A DNA stretch of 63,610 nucleotides, filler included, from Perkinsus chesapeaki ATCC PRA-425 (GCA_013115145.1; 8 parts of 8 records of this genome joined end to end with filler, not necessarily neighbours in it), one strand, 5' to 3'; counted from the whole stretch's first letter, positions 48,556 to 62,425 are shown. Program-made: numbers and translations. Notes: generated by a model not told the origin, from the letters alone.

Positions 48556-49081
48556 TTAAAGAGAACCCTCTATCAATCGAACCCAACCGGTCTCGGCAGC
48601 CGAACTAAGACGCGGTATAATCGATGCCGCAATGCTACCGCTCTCGAGGGCATTGGATTTCGGAGCTAGAGGGTCGATGAGGGTAAGTGTTTCGATAGAA
48701 CTGTCAACCGATGGAGGCACACTTTCCTCGGAAATGGTGATAATATTGCCAGTTGTTGTAGAGGTGATGGAATGTAGCCATCTTAAGAATCCCAGGAAGA
48801 GATTGCCAATATCAGAATCATGGGGCAGTCGAAGGCCGAAACACTCAGCCTCACTCGGTGTCGAAATTACCGAGAACGCTTGTCTCGGAAGGTAACCATA
48901 TTTCAGTTGTCGTAGCCCTAGTCGACGTGCTGTATGCAGATTAGGTAGAATCTGTTGCTTTTGCAGGAATGATATACATAACAGTGACCATTGGAAACCT
49001 GACAAAGAGTTTGGAAGGATGTCTTTTGCCCATCGTCGAACAATGCAGACCAACGGGGCCACCAAAGGGCTGCAATTCGAA
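48556..49081 (-). CDS. Terminal nucleotidyltransferase / non-canonical poly(A) or poly(U) polymerase, C-terminal part (cut by the gap)
   Basis: PLVCIVRRWAK...LSGFQWSLLCISFLQ...LPNL, IGNLFLGFLRW, IDPLAPKSN fit the Cid1/PAP-associated region. Confidence 0.7.
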
Positions 49082-49181
49082 NNNNNNNNNNNNNNNNNNN
49101 NNNNNNNNNNNNNNNNNNNNNNNNNTTAATTAATTAANNNNNNNNNNNNNNNNNNNNNNNNNNNNNNNNNNNNNNNNNNNN
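49082..49181. other. Artificial contig linker
   Basis: N-TTAATTAATTAA-N. Confidence 0.97.
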
Positions 49182-49600
49182 GCCGGTAGCGATCCCACTA
49201 GACATCATTTGGGAGGCACTTAATGATCTAGCCAGACATCCCAACACTCGAATAGCCTCCCCGAATCAGCTCACCATCGCCCAAATCCGATATCAGCTTG
49301 GTGAGGATGCCAGAGCCATTGGCCCTGAGCCGTTTCTTAGGCTTGGATGTACCGTTCGTGCCCACCACCGGCCTCTATGTCCAGGAATCTTGGAGTCCCC
49401 GCCCGCCCCGCCACCCCTCCGACTACCCTCGGGTTCTCGTCTGGCGCTGCCCACTGCAGCGGTGCACTGTACATCTTCGTACCAAGTGAATGTCGCCATT
49501 GCTTTTAGGTCTATCGTCATATGATACTGCGGTACTTGGAGACTAACCTCGAACAATCGCGATATACTCGTGAACCTTTTGGAATACGACTAGATTTTTT

Positions 49601-50290
49601 GTGAGGCCTTCGAACGGGTGCAGCATCTTTTCTACTCGCTTTGCTGTTGCCAACGGTCACCGCTGGAGGACTTGCTTTTCCCTAGGCTCCATGATGAGAG
49701 TCACCTTGGCGCTGAGAGCACTGAACGAAGAATCTTTCGCGAAGCAGCACATCACATGCCATACCTCGTTGGGCTGGTGGGTCGAGTTCCGAAAGTACGA
49801 GTTTGCAATTGATGAACAGGTGGAGAGGCCGCTCTCCTTCAGTGAGATAGCGTCGACTTATCACGCAGTGGTTCTGTTCCCATGGGAGCCTTTCATGTTG
49901 ACAGTAACCGATCTGATGGGCCTCGGCATACCCGTCTTCATCCCAGCTGAGTTGCTCCTCCACCGTTTCATTCTTCCTGGTCGCTTCACTCGCCTCGAAA
50001 TGTTCGGAGCTGGAACCTTAGGCTCTTTCCCATACGGAGGGGTGATGCAAGATCCCATCCTAGCCCGTGCAAGGTCACCTTACGCTACAAGCTACTCGGG
50101 AGTGGATCCTTTCCAGTGAGGAGAGTGGGACCATCGTGACATTAACGCGTATCTTAGGTTCATGCATGATGAGTTGGGTGTCAATCTCGAAGATCGGCAT
50201 TACTGGTTATCACGAACGGATTTCGTCGACACTCATTGGATGCTGCGTTTCAACAGTAGGGTTGCTGCTGTTGATCAGATAAAATGCGTA
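49601..50290 (+). CDS. Hypothetical protein, possibly glycosyltransferase-like
   Basis: SFSEIASTYHAVVLFPWEPFMLTVTDLMGLGIPVFIP loosely resembles the GT-B C-terminal motif (E..A.G.PV). Confidence 0.35.
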
Positions 50291-51485
50291 CGTGCTGTTC
50301 TTCAGGCACGGCGGATCTTCTCACTAAACTGCATCATTTCATACATCACAACGACACCTTGCGAGTATCTTTACTGGGGCGTATCCGCCACGAGCAGCAC
50401 CGCCGTGTCCTCCTCAGCATTCCATGGTGGAGGGCCGCCATGGCCGGGCATGCTCTTCCTGTTCAAGATTCCTAACAGCTCGCTGTTTCGTTTCATAGAT
50501 CGCCCACCAGTGAGGCTCTGTGTTTAGGCGTCCTCATCCACTTGTTGAATGTCCTCCTCCAGTGCCGCTTCTTCTTCATCATCAGCAACTGGTAAAGGCT
50601 CTCGGCGCAGGTCGGCTTCGATCACAAGTGGCTACCAAACGGAAAGTCTGCCGGATTTCCTTTCACGATCATGGCATCGAAGTTTCAATGACGTGCCTAT
50701 CGAGGATAAGATACGCACCGCCGACAGGCAAGTGGCTGGTCAGCTTCCGGCATCTATGGCGTGATCAGGATGATACAGCGGCTGATGGGGTGGGACTCAT
50801 CCGAGAATCCTCTTATCGAATTCCTTTACGATCCGAAGACAGGAAATCCCAGCAAGGCCGTGGTGGATGTCGAGGCATTCCATCGGCGTCAGGCTGCTGC
50901 AGTAAGCTACACTCATTGAGAAAACTCACAGGCCAACCCTTTGTCAGTTCCATGGTATTCTACGGGTACTGGGGACCATGATGGAGCCGCAGGATATCGA
51001 GAAGCTTATCAGAATGGACGAAGATGCGGAGCCTGTTAAACCCACGGGGCTCCGAGAGAGACCGATTGTGAGACCATTGCAGGAAACTGGCTTAAACGAG
51101 TCTCCTTCCTCAGAAGCCATCGACAAATGGAGTGCAGCCTCACGAGGAGCACTCTGTCGCCAAGTTGGCCATCGAAGGCGCCAGAATATCGGTTCCTTCA
51201 TCGAGGGTGAGATGATTATTGCTTTCCTGTTCTGGTTCATGAGGTATTATGTCATATTTGCAACCTTCCAAGTCCTCAGGTGCCTTTCTTAATAGGGTCG
51301 GATAGCGATGAGTGCCATTTCGACATATCATTTCTGATGGACTTCAGCGATCGTAGGACTCGAGAAGGAGATTCTCTCGTACATTCAGTAAGTGTTTAAC
51401 ACTTGCTCTGAGCCATGCTGTACAATACACTGCCTTCTAGGTCCACTGTGGTATAGACCGAAACCCTGAGGGTGGTGGATGGATC

Positions 51486-51671
51486 TTGCGCAACTACGGC
51501 GGGGGTAAGGGCTTCATCATAGGATGTGTTCCGGCAATGTTCGTTGAACTTTGCTCAGGTACATTTGTCGACGGTACAGCTGTTACAGAAGAAGCCATAA
51601 TAACACTGAGGCCGGGAAGCCAAATTCAAATCCATCATTTGACGTTTATATTCTTCCCCATTGAAGAATAG
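51486..51671 (+). CDS. C-terminal exon with the second half of an FHA domain
   Basis: SGTFVDGTAVTEEAIITLRPGSQIQIHHLTFIF fits the FHA pattern GTFV.G..V.....L..G..I.I....F.F. Confidence 0.55.
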   Translation: MRNYGGGKGFIIGCVPAMFVELCSGTFVDGTAVTEEAIITLRPGSQIQIHHLTFIFFPIEE

Positions 51672-52582
51672 TCCGCAACGATTGTTTCGAAAGACCTCCT
51701 TGTCATCGCGTTTCGACAGTGTAATATGGTAGCCTCTCACTCATAACAATTCCTGTACGATAGTGCGGAGCACCACTTGTTGTGTGTAGAGTAAATAAGC
51801 GTAGTGCAGCTCGGAGAGTCTGTGCTGCCTGCTTAGTTGTGCATTGTGTATTTTGCGCGAATACGCCCGTGGGCGAGCGAGGTTCCTGATGGGAATCCTT
51901 CCGCAATGGAAAGTTGTGAAGGTGCGCCTTGGAGAGTCCGACGAAATCTGACTTCCATTTTTTTCTTTATCGGGAGGAGCCTGGTTTATGACTCATAGTT
52001 GGCTGGGCCAACTTGGCTCTCTACATGGATTGTAGTGAGCACGAGTCTCTAGCTGGGCTCGGCTTCGGTGTTGTCACTGGCAGCCTATAGGGAGATAATC
52101 CCAAACTTCAGAGGCTGTCTTGCCAGACAAGACATGCCGCCATCCGGCTGTCGGTCAACACCTTCGCCCTCTTCCCACTCTCCCGAGAAGATAGCGATTA
52201 AATAGAAGGACAATCGATCTCTTAACTTGCCGGCCATCGAAGGTACCCATAAAGACTCCCTTGCCGATGGCGGTAACTCAATTATACTCTCCGCTCCATG
52301 AACCACGGAGATAGCCCTAAGGTGGAAGTCTAAACGCTGGACTCCTTGTGATAATCAAGCTGCTGCCCTTCCATAACGTTATATCACTGACATGGATGAC
52401 ACTTCTATGTGAAACACATACCTAACTTCCAATAACAAACTCCACACCTTTGCAGCCCCTATTCGGAAACCTGGACAGGCGAACCGAATTGAAGTTGAAA
52501 TTCTCGTTGGAGGGCCCCAATTGTCACAGTTGTCTAGGAACACTTGTTGAGGAAGTTAAATTTCGAACCTTTAGTGAGAACA

Positions 52583-52682
52583 NNNNNNNNNNNNNNNNNN
52601 NNNNNNNNNNNNNNNNNNNNNNNNNNTTAATTAATTAANNNNNNNNNNNNNNNNNNNNNNNNNNNNNNNNNNNNNNNNNNNN
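52583..52682. other. Artificial contig linker
   Basis: N-TTAATTAATTAA-N. Confidence 0.97.
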
Positions 52683-53491
52683 GTTTTGCTCCTACTGATT
52701 CTAACTGTACTGGTGAACCCTATGCCTGCCCAAGCATATAAGAAGTGAACAGCCACCCAATAAGCCAGCCAGTTCGTTGTGTGGCGCTTTACTGTCCGAT
52801 TCACAATTTAGTCCGTTTTTTGATCCTAACTCAACTTCACATTTCTAGTTTGCAGAGACATCGTTCTGGTTGTTCAATTCTCCGACTTGCGTCCCTCACT
52901 CTACCAAAGGCAGCACTGGCATCAGTCCGCCTTGCCTTAGCAGGATATCACGACGCCCCAGGAGGAGGCCAGTCTGACGGCTCACGACCGGCCGATTACG
53001 CTACCGAGCTCCCTCAGTTGACACATTGACGAGAATCTCTTGACATTTCGTTGCTCTTATTATTAACTGTGTACTACTCGTATATCGCGTGATGCGTTTT
53101 GTGCTCCGCATATGAACTGGATCGTTAGTGATAATTCGGCATAAAGGGACGTAACAGCTCACATCGCAGACTTGAGTGCACCCACCCACGGCGAAGATGA
53201 GCTCCACGGAAAAGCCACTGTCTCATAAATATATGCACGACGTTGTTTACTAGAACTGACCTGTAATCTATCAGGAAACCATTGAACATTCGATGGCATC
53301 TATCTCTAACGGCATTTATCAACGACATATTTCCGTGAGTGAAGCTCCGTTCCTGAACCATACTGCCGCTACTGTGGGCCGGCCATGGCGCATATATGAA
53401 GTGATGACGCATATGATGTGGCGCTATCTAACAGTTTGCACTTCGTGGATGTGAGATAACACGGTTTCCTGATTAGCAAAGCTTTCTGGGG

Positions 53492-54606
53492 ATGACAGTC
53501 CAGCATTTAGCTTCATCGTCTCCTATGGCGTGTTCCGTCCCTACATATCATCGAGCGTTCTTCACCGTGGCTATCATAAACCTGGTTGCTCTTATTGTCG
53601 TATCTTGCAAGCTCCACTTGAATGCTTTCGGCACTTCGACCGCGGCAATCACAAACTTGCTCATCTCGGCGGCCTGCAGGAATGAACATATCGTTAATTT
53701 ACTCTTCACTGTATTTGTAAACAAGGCTAGAAGCTTTCCCCTTAAATTAAGGAGAGGGTTCGCTAACATTTACTGCTGCTATGGTGGAGTACATAGTGGA
53801 TGCGCAACCGCCGCTCTCATTTGGTATATCGTCTTTATTATTGAAACTACTCATGGTGCCATTGCCATGGGTCCTTCAGTTCTTATGTCCTGGTTTATTT
53901 TATCTCTTCTTCTTGTGATCATCGTTTTTGCTTTACCATGTATTAGGAGTCTACATCATAATTTCTTTGAATGTGTTCACCGGTACTCTTCCTGGACATT
54001 ATTGGTCATGGTCATCGTACAGCTACTTCTCACTTCCATCGAGAGTGCCTCACAACAGGGACGGTCCCCCTTAATACTCTATCTTCTTGCGGACGCTCGC
54101 CTGTGGGAAGCGTGCGTTTTGGTTATGTTTGTTATATATCCTTGGTTGCATCTGAGGAAGCGGAATGTGTTGTCACACCGACTTTCCTCGCACGCACTTG
54201 TCCTCAACTTTGACTACAGCGACGTATCATTTGGTCAAGCGATTCGCATTTCAGACTCTCCACTACGTGAGACCCACGCTTTCGCAGTGATACCAAATAT
54301 TCGTAGCACAGTAGATAATATGAGCCATGAGGAAGCAAAGCTATGGCATGTTGATGAGAAAGGATTCTCTGTTGTCATCTCCCGAGCTGGTGATTGGACA
54401 GGTCGAATGATCGACAATCCTCCTAAACATATATGGACTCGTGGTGTACCTCAATATGGTGCTCTTCGTGTTACAAGCCTCTTTAAACCATGTATCGTTA
54501 TGGCTACTGGTTCTGGTATAGCTCCGTGCCTCAGCATATTCGTACAGCTCCCAGAGCATCCAATCAGAGTTATATGGTCCGCCAGATCCCCCCGCGAGAC
54601 CTACGG
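53492..54606 (+). CDS. TmpA-like multi-pass membrane flavoprotein (ferric-reductase-like TM + FAD/NAD-binding), intronless, cut by the gap
   Basis: About 6 hydrophobic helices; YGGVHSG, HNFFECVHRY, ETHAFA, ISRAGDWT, MATGSGIAP. Confidence 0.72.
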
Positions 54607-54706
54607 NNNNNNNNNNNNNNNNNNNNNNNNNNNNNNNNNNNNNNNNNNNNTTAATTAATTAANNNNNNNNNNNNNNNNNNNNNNNNNNNNNNNNNNNNNN
54701 NNNNNN
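54607..54706. other. Artificial contig linker
   Basis: N-TTAATTAATTAA-N. Confidence 0.97.
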
Positions 54707-55489
54707 CTACTAACAAGAGGAGAGATGATCTGAGATCATCTCTCTCTGAGATGACTATAAACTCGTATACACAGAGGAGAGTGCCGGATAAAAGTTGTAC
54801 AGATGCACCGTTTTTGCACTTCCGCACTTGCACAACCCAATTGAGCAAGTAGAGCTCTGACAACGCTGGTCCTGCGGCCACTGGGCGCCGTCCAGCGCGA
54901 AGAGCGCACAGAGCTCTTGGTGGGGCTCAACTTCAAGCTGAGGCCAGGACGAGTGGGACGAGAGGACGAGTGCGGGGTGAGAGGGAAGTCGCAAAGGTTC
55001 TTTCTTACCCAACTCTATTAACCAAAAGAGAATAAGCTGTGCACGAGCCGTGCCGCACGACTGGAGGTACAATAGGGCAGGCGGCGCTCTCTGAGCCGCG
55101 CACAGTGACTCATTGTCAATCCAAATGATGGCGATTAAGTATTTCTCCCCGCCTGGCGGGGCCCGCCTCTCCTTCATTATAGTGGGTTTGGCCCAAGGCA
55201 CTCATTGGCTCCATCGTTTGCCTATGGGGCTTCCTCTATGGGCAGCGTATCTGTGTAATTAATCTTGTACTTTCGGAGATTGGGAGCTCCGTATCAGGAA
55301 TCCTCATTACCATCCTTTCAGGCTAGCTTCGGTTTAGCTGTCGATGTTATACAACCTCAATCTGGTCCTGATAGCCCTTTCACTTGTGAACGCAAGAGTC
55401 CATCAGTCTCCAAGAAGGAATACTTCAAGTAGTCCACTCCTCGTCTAAGATAAGATGAACTGACTGAGCACTTCGCAGGTGCTGATACC

Positions 55490-55790
55490 CACAGTGTGAA
55501 GAACAAGGCAGTTAAAAATGGTGGAGTGCTATGTCCTGGTACCGTTGGAAGTCAGACCTTCGGGTATTCGCAGGTTAGTCCAAAAAACAGGTAAGATATA
55601 GACTTACACTGTTCAACTATACCTCTTTGCCGTCAGGTATTTTTATTCCATCATAGAGGCAGACGAGAATCCTAGTACTGCTCCGACTTTCATACACCTC
55701 GCAGGTGGTCCCGGCGTGAGCGCCATGGACCCACTCCTTGAGTGGAACGGGCCTTGTTTGATCCAGGCGGATGGCCGAAGTTTAACTGCT
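55490..55790 (+). pseudogene. Serine carboxypeptidase S10 N-terminal fragment
   Basis: TFGYSQVS / intron / YFYSIIEADENPSTAPTFIHLAGGPGVSAMDPLLEWNGPC. Downstream exons not found. Confidence 0.7.
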
Positions 55791-58154
55791 AATGACTTCC
55801 AACACTACCGGGACATAGCACTCCACCATTTTGTAGTGTCCTCCTCTTCGCAACAGGAGTATCAGCACCTAGGAGTTGCTCGATCAGCCCATCGTATCTT
55901 AGACGGGGAATGCATCATAGATAATACCTTAGACTGGGGGATTCACGCACTCGAAAATGACAAGATTGCCAGGATTAGTTTAGTGTTGTATAACATCTTA
56001 GCCTAAGCGGAGCAAACCTGAAACGACCATGAAGTTAGTAGAAATCCTACGATAGGATCAGAGTGGAGGAGAAACTAGGCCACACACCTCTTCTTTTGTG
56101 AAAACTTCGCCGTAATTCGCCCAGCGCCACTTCCTCGTGGTACATGGAGCTGATGTCCCGGGTAAGCTGCCCCTCATCTGGGCGGTTTTTGTAGATCCCC
56201 GTGATGGGTTTGAAGGACTGCCTTCACGTGTAGTCGATAGTCCTCACTTCTGACTGCCCGTTCGTTGGAGCGTATCTCACGCGAAACTGTTTATTCTCCA
56301 AGATGAACTTTCCGCCACATAGTAAGGTTGCATCGCCGTAGAGACACTTCGCTTCTTTTTAGAGTCTCGAAGACTCCACGTTTTGAGCCTTAGTGAGTAC
56401 TGTTGGACATGTTGGACACCTTGCCTACCAGTTGATGTGTGCCACTTCCTGTTCTATCCTTTTAGTGCGTATTCTGCCCCGACCTCGGCTGTCTCCTAAC
56501 GAGATAGTGCACCGGCCAGGGTAAAGCCCAGCTGTCACCGTTGATTGTGTTGAAGCTCGAGATGATATAACTCATCGGTTTGTATATTACTGGTCTTTAG
56601 TTTGGCAGCTTCACGTCGTGAACTCGACGAACCGTCGTGAAAATGGCGCTCTCTGAGAGAGCGGAGAGAGCCTCTCTCCCTATCCTCTAAATAGTACGAG
56701 GTAGCAAGGATTTAATATTCGGCACACGAAGTGTTTCGAAGTAAAATCTAGACTAGTCCGCCTCTCGGTCACGTACGCATGCGCATTGGCGAGATGTCAC
56801 GCTTCTTTACAAGAACCTCATCATGAGATCATCATGGTGAGAGTTAGTGTCGGTAGTGCACCCGAGCTTTGATTGTCATCTTTCTTGACCCACCCTACTC
56901 CCACCGATGCCCAGCTCGTGACATGGTTGATAATATCTTTTTGATTTTACCTGTATCACTCAGTCCGAGCTTTCCGCTTTCCGTGATACGAGCTCACCTT
57001 CCCATTGTCTTAAGTAGCTAGTTCGCGGACGAACAGTCAGGATTTCAATGACAGCAAATATTAGGTATAATTTATTCGCGGTTGATTCAATACCTATTTC
57101 ATGTCTGCGTATCGATTTGGAAGTGTAGGGTACTTTACTATTCAGTGACAACTTAACTACAGGCATGAAAGTGAAACAGTAACATCGAGCTGAGCCGGCT
57201 CAGTTGACTATACAATCCCGTCACTCTCGCTCTCTCTCTCTTCTCAATCGTGCACCTGAAAGGCGTGTACTGTTCGGTGGAGATAAGTAGCAGATGGTAT
57301 AACTCGATTCAAAGTGGACTTACTTCATTAAGCTCTCATCCCAAGTTGTTAGTATATGCTGGAGGAGGGACATATCCTGCGTATTGATGATATCTGTTAT
57401 TATACCCACCACCTTTCCCTGCACCATGTCCCTTGCCATATCCTTTCCGAAACCCCCCGTGATCTGCATCAGATAAGTCCCCAAACAACAAACAACCATG
57501 TCCTACTATATCGCCGACTTCCATACGAGCCTGGCCGCTGTGGAGCTTTCTGTGATGGCTGCACTGGATGTTGTTGCTGTTGATGGCCCTTACCGACAGG
57601 AACAGGTTTCGCGTAGACGTCAAAGTTGTGAGACTGCAAGATAGGGGGGTAGGCCAGACCGCTCAGTGCTCCTGCAGAGCTACTCCGCGAGCGGGCCAGA
57701 CCTCTTAATTGAGATTCCGAGGTCTCCAAATACCTAACAAAACCCGCTTCACTTTCAAACGTCTGATACTATTCAGAATTAGCCCCCATTCCTCTAGTAT
57801 CACGAACGGAGCCGGCGGCGGCCAAGCCATCGATCATCCGCGGGATCGAAAATCTTATGAATCGTAACTACCTCGCATATTATTGGCAAGCTACAAGTTA
57901 AATTCGTGGGTGACCATTCTGGGCCCCTTTCGGTGAAGGAAAACGCACTCTTCTGAGCCCGCTGGAAGACCTCATATTTACAAACTGCCGAGATCCCACG
58001 TGACACTTCGACAATCGGAATACAGACATTTTTGGATTCATTGTTCTAATCTATATAAATGTTGTACGATTTATATGATACTGAATTAGATCGTGTAGGG
58101 CTACGATATCCTTCGCAAGGAAAGAGTAATACTATATACTGCACATCAGATGCA

Positions 58155-58498
58155 TTATACTGTTAGAAGTGAAGGGTAGTATTATATACTGCTAAAAGTG
58201 AAGGGTAATATTATATACTGTTAAAAGTGAAGGGTAGTATTATATACTGCTAAAAGTGAAGGGTAATATTATATACTGTTAAAAGTGAAGGGTAATATTA
58301 TATACTGTTAAAAGTGAAGGGTAATATTATATACTGTTAAAAGTGAAGGGTAATATTATATACTGTTAAAAGTGAAGGGTAATATTATATACTGTTAAAA
58401 GTGAAGGGTAATATTATATACTGTTAAAAGTGAAGGGTAGTATTATATACTGTTAAAAGTGAAGGGTAATATTATATACTGTTAAAAGTGAAGGGTAG
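58155..58498 (+). repeat. 29-bp minisatellite, about 12 copies
   Basis: AAGTGAAGGGTA[A/G]TATTATATACTG[T/C]TAA head-to-tail, no spacers. Confidence 0.95.
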
Positions 58499-58848
58499 TT
58501 ATAACTTATTCCGCACGGATAAGACCACAGCAAACCACCACACTGTACTTGAATAGAGTGTTATCACTAAGCAGGGGCAGAGCCGCACGAATTTCGTCTC
58601 CGACCGAGTCCACATCTGAGAGCGATCGATGCGGGTACCTGATGAATTTCGAGAATTAGGCGTCTGACCAGTGCACTTCGCTCTCACGCTCGCACTATCG
58701 CCTCCCTCATTCGACTGCATGCAACATAACCCTGCTGTAGTTTCTGATTTAAAATAGCATTCCGGAATCCAGGGAACTGCCGACCAGTATCGCCTGTTTT
58801 CTTATAGTATCTTCAACCAATCAGCTTCGTGTTATGGGCAACGCCTCC

Positions 58849-59560
58849 CTACTTTTTAGTGATTTTTCTGAACCCAGCTATATTGACCTCGCAGTAGGCC
58901 ATCAAATCGTTGAGTGCCGGTACCGCTTTATTCATTTTGCCAATCAAGTCACTGACCGCTGGGGATGTGCTGGCGACCGATGCCGATGAAAGTATGCGGA
59001 CCACAGTATCTAACACCACGCTTTTCAAGGCCCGGACGCGCCCATCACCTCGACTGGGCCGCCCTTTCCCGCCCGACGAAGATGCTGCTCCGACGGAACC
59101 GTTAACAGCTGGAGTGGGAGCTGGCCCCGAATCCAAGAGCTCAGCACTGGCCTTGTCTACTTCACTGGGAGTGTAGAAGATACCGAGCAGAATAGCCGAC
59201 TGAAATCAAAACCAACCGTCGATAAATGGTATACGACCTCCACCGTCGATGATGCTGATGATGTTACCTACCAGCTGGGCTTCGGCAAGCAAGGACTCCA
59301 ACGCACTAAGGCGAGTCTCAATGAGCCCAGCAACGTGTGTTAGGTCTGTTTGGAGAACTCTAGTGAATTCAATCACGGCGGGATTCTGAAAAGATATATT
59401 CACTGTAGGGGAGCCTTCCGAACCCATACCGTATCGCCGTCGAAGCTGCCAACTTTCGAGGCCTCCTCCAAGGATAGTTTAATAAGCCGTTTTAGTTGTT
59501 TATATGACACATACCTGTGAAGCTCAGGATGGGCTTTCCGAATGCCAAACTTCGCGCGCT
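58849..59560 (-). CDS. SPX-domain protein, 5' exons
   Basis: KFG, YVSYKQLKRLIK, EFTRVLQTDLTHV, LNDLMAYCEVNIAGFRKITKK. Confidence 0.8.
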
Positions 59561-59896
59561 TGTGAGGTTCTACAGATAACTAGGGCGCATAGTAATAGAA
59601 GTCGACTCTACCGAGCAGGCCCTAGTGACCGCCTCTCAGGATCATCGTCGTAATTCGGGTTCTCAATCTCCAATCACCGTACGCTCCGAAGGTACAGCAA
59701 ATCTAGTCGGAACGCGCTCCTCGGGCACCAAGAAGATCCCTATACTGTCGTCGTTGATTTTGACAGTCCAAAAATGAAAATACGGAAGACTTCTACTATC
59801 TCGTTTCGACGAGCTAATCAACATCAATAGCATTTTTCTGAAGACATTGCTCTCTCCCTCCCCGCCAAACTTCTCAACGGATCGGTAATCCCCCTA

Positions 59897-61344
59897 CTAC
59901 GGATGAGATGATGACGTTGCATGGAGGGCCAAGGTTTTACCAAACCGCATAGGAATCAGAAAACAAAGAAAAACCCTGAAACAGAGAACCGTCGAGACGG
60001 GACAAACTACACTACAACCCTTCTTATAGGGCCCGTGATCACCGTGGGAAGACTCATGAGCCGATTTGAAAGTCGGTCTCACTGCTCCCGATTCCAAGAG
60101 ATCAACTGCCCTCGTGGACCTAACCAATAGGGACCTCTCTGGTCCAACCCGACTCGACCCCAAGGTAAAGGAAACATCGTTATCCCTCCTTAACAGTAGT
60201 GGCGTGGCGTATCTTGACAGCCATTTGGATAGCATCATCTTCCAGGAAACTAGGAGGGATATCGGCATCACCATCAAACGATGGTAAGTACGCAAGCACC
60301 ATAGGCGCTGGGCCCTAATGAGAATCGCGCTACCCAGGTTCTTCCAGTAAGAAGCCTACTTTCCGCGTCTCCTTGTCGAAGGTAACTACCACTATAATGG
60401 CCCCTCCACAAGCGGCCTCTTCAGCGGCAGTCGGGTCAGGCAGCAGCCACGTTTTCTCATCCGATAGAAGGGCCAAAGTGACCGAGCCAGGAATCGAACC
60501 CATGACCATCCCGTGTGCCGTGGATATTTCTTTACCGACTTTCTCCTACCAACAAGATTCAACCATCCACCAGACCCTCCCCTCCCAAGTACCGTCGTGA
60601 GAGATTGAGCGCTGACGTCCCCGGCTCTGTCGCCCAAAGCTTTCCCTGCATACAAGGTCGGCAATTCCACACTCCTCAGAGCCTCGACTGCAGCCTTTAG
60701 GCATAAGTCCATTAAGGAGCCGTCAACAGCTAATACTGTTATAACCAGGTGGAGCTGCCAAACCACCTAAACCGCGAATGGTCCTTCGGGAATAACAAAT
60801 TTGTGAGCTACCTGCCCCTCTACTACACACAGCTGACTAGGGTCGAACACTTCAGGGCCCATCTGCAATATAGCTCCTACCTTCGAAGAGACCTGAACAC
60901 TCAGAACTCGGCCGGCTTTCCCGGTGGCTGTAGTACCCAAGATGATAGCTGTTGAGTTTGTCTGCGAGACTGATCTGGTGCAGGCGCCATGTCAACTGAG
61001 ACCTATGCGACAACTCACTACCTCCTAAAATGCATTCTACTTACCGTGAGCCGTCCCTGCCGAGGCATCGAGGAGGCGGGCTCTCCCAACAAGGGATGGA
61101 CCACACAGGTGGCACAGTTCTGAAGGTCACGATGGAGCTGTCAATTTACATCCTATCGAATGCCTGGTAGTACCTTGCCGATCCTCACGGTCGATTTGCC
61201 TTTATTTGCCGAGATTGTTATCTTCCTACTCGAAAAAGGCGGATTAGCCCTGCCGTCAGGCCGTACGCCAGCACTGAGGTGCTTCAGTAGGAACCCACGA
61301 GGATCTATCGACTCGAATAGGGCTGGGTTCATAGGAAACGCCAA
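59897..61344 (-). CDS. Exosome RNase PH-like subunit, RRP43/EXOSC8-like, multi-exon
   Basis: FESIDPRGFLLKHLSAGVRPDGR, STVRIG, VWQLHLVITVLAVDGSLMDLCLKAAVEALRSVELP. Confidence 0.8.
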
Positions 61345-62325
61345 CTGCTTATAGAACTAAGCAACTATTGTGGTTTTTGGACATCAAACTAGCCGCGTGA
61401 AGCCATGATGATCGATACCAGTACTCCAGTCAAGTCGTGCAAAAAAGCGAGTTTGAAACTCAAATCAACTTATCGCGTTCACATGCCTGGTGTTCCATAC
61501 CGGTCTCCAGAGCAAGAGGCCGATCTAGGGTGGCGGAGAGATGCCTTAGCACTTGCCACTTACGGTATTACTACTGATACATTTGATTTTACTTAACACA
61601 AGTCGTTGGTTTAGAAACTGATGCCTCCATATTATGCCACGTTGCCCTCTTCGTATCTCAGATGAATGACACAATGAGACAATCGATCATGCGGGCGCGC
61701 GCTTTTTACACAGCGCAACTTGGCTGTCGTGTTCCTGCCAATGACCGAGTAAATGACTACACCTTCAGCACCTCTTGTTGCCCCACCACAGTCGGCACCT
61801 GATTCCTTTAGTGTATCAGCGTAGGCCCTCTCTCTATCAGACACTTTGTGTACTGTTTTCTCGCAGACTCGGTCACCAAACTGATAGTATCAAACCGTCC
61901 CGGCCGGCGTATTCGTTCGGTCTGGGCACAAGAGATGCCCGAGAGAAACTCTTCCTTTCGAAGGAGCACGAGAAGCTGATGCCTGCCAGGTAAAGTCGCT
62001 GGATCCTCTCACTATGGCGATCCTCATGTAGTTGCTCCCCGGGCCCGGTGTACCGACTGCAAAGCAACCACGATGACTTTCACAGCTACACCTTCGGTCA
62101 CGCGCCCCAGCGGCCGGCACCGCGCAAGCGCTACCCAGGTGAGGGAGCTCGAGAGTACGGGAGGCTCCAGCCGACGTTGTAGATCCCTCCATTGATTTGA
62201 CCGATGCTTTGGTGGACTCGCAGCCGTTCAAGTACCCAGCTGTGAAAGGGACAGTATTCGGGTCAGACCCGAAGGGACAGATCAAGAACGCAACGATAAT
62301 GAAGTTAAATCGATTCCGATGACCA

Positions 62326-62425
62326 NNNNNNNNNNNNNNNNNNNNNNNNNNNNNNNNNNNNNNNNNNNNTTAATTAATTAANNNNNNNNNNNNNNNNNNN
62401 NNNNNNNNNNNNNNNNNNNNNNNNN
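62326..62425. other. Artificial contig linker
   Basis: N-TTAATTAATTAA-N. Confidence 0.97.

Noticed and set aside
58155-58498. CRISPR-like array (also 26537-26623)
   Set aside because: Units are head-to-tail with no unique spacers, there are no cas genes, and the context is eukaryotic.
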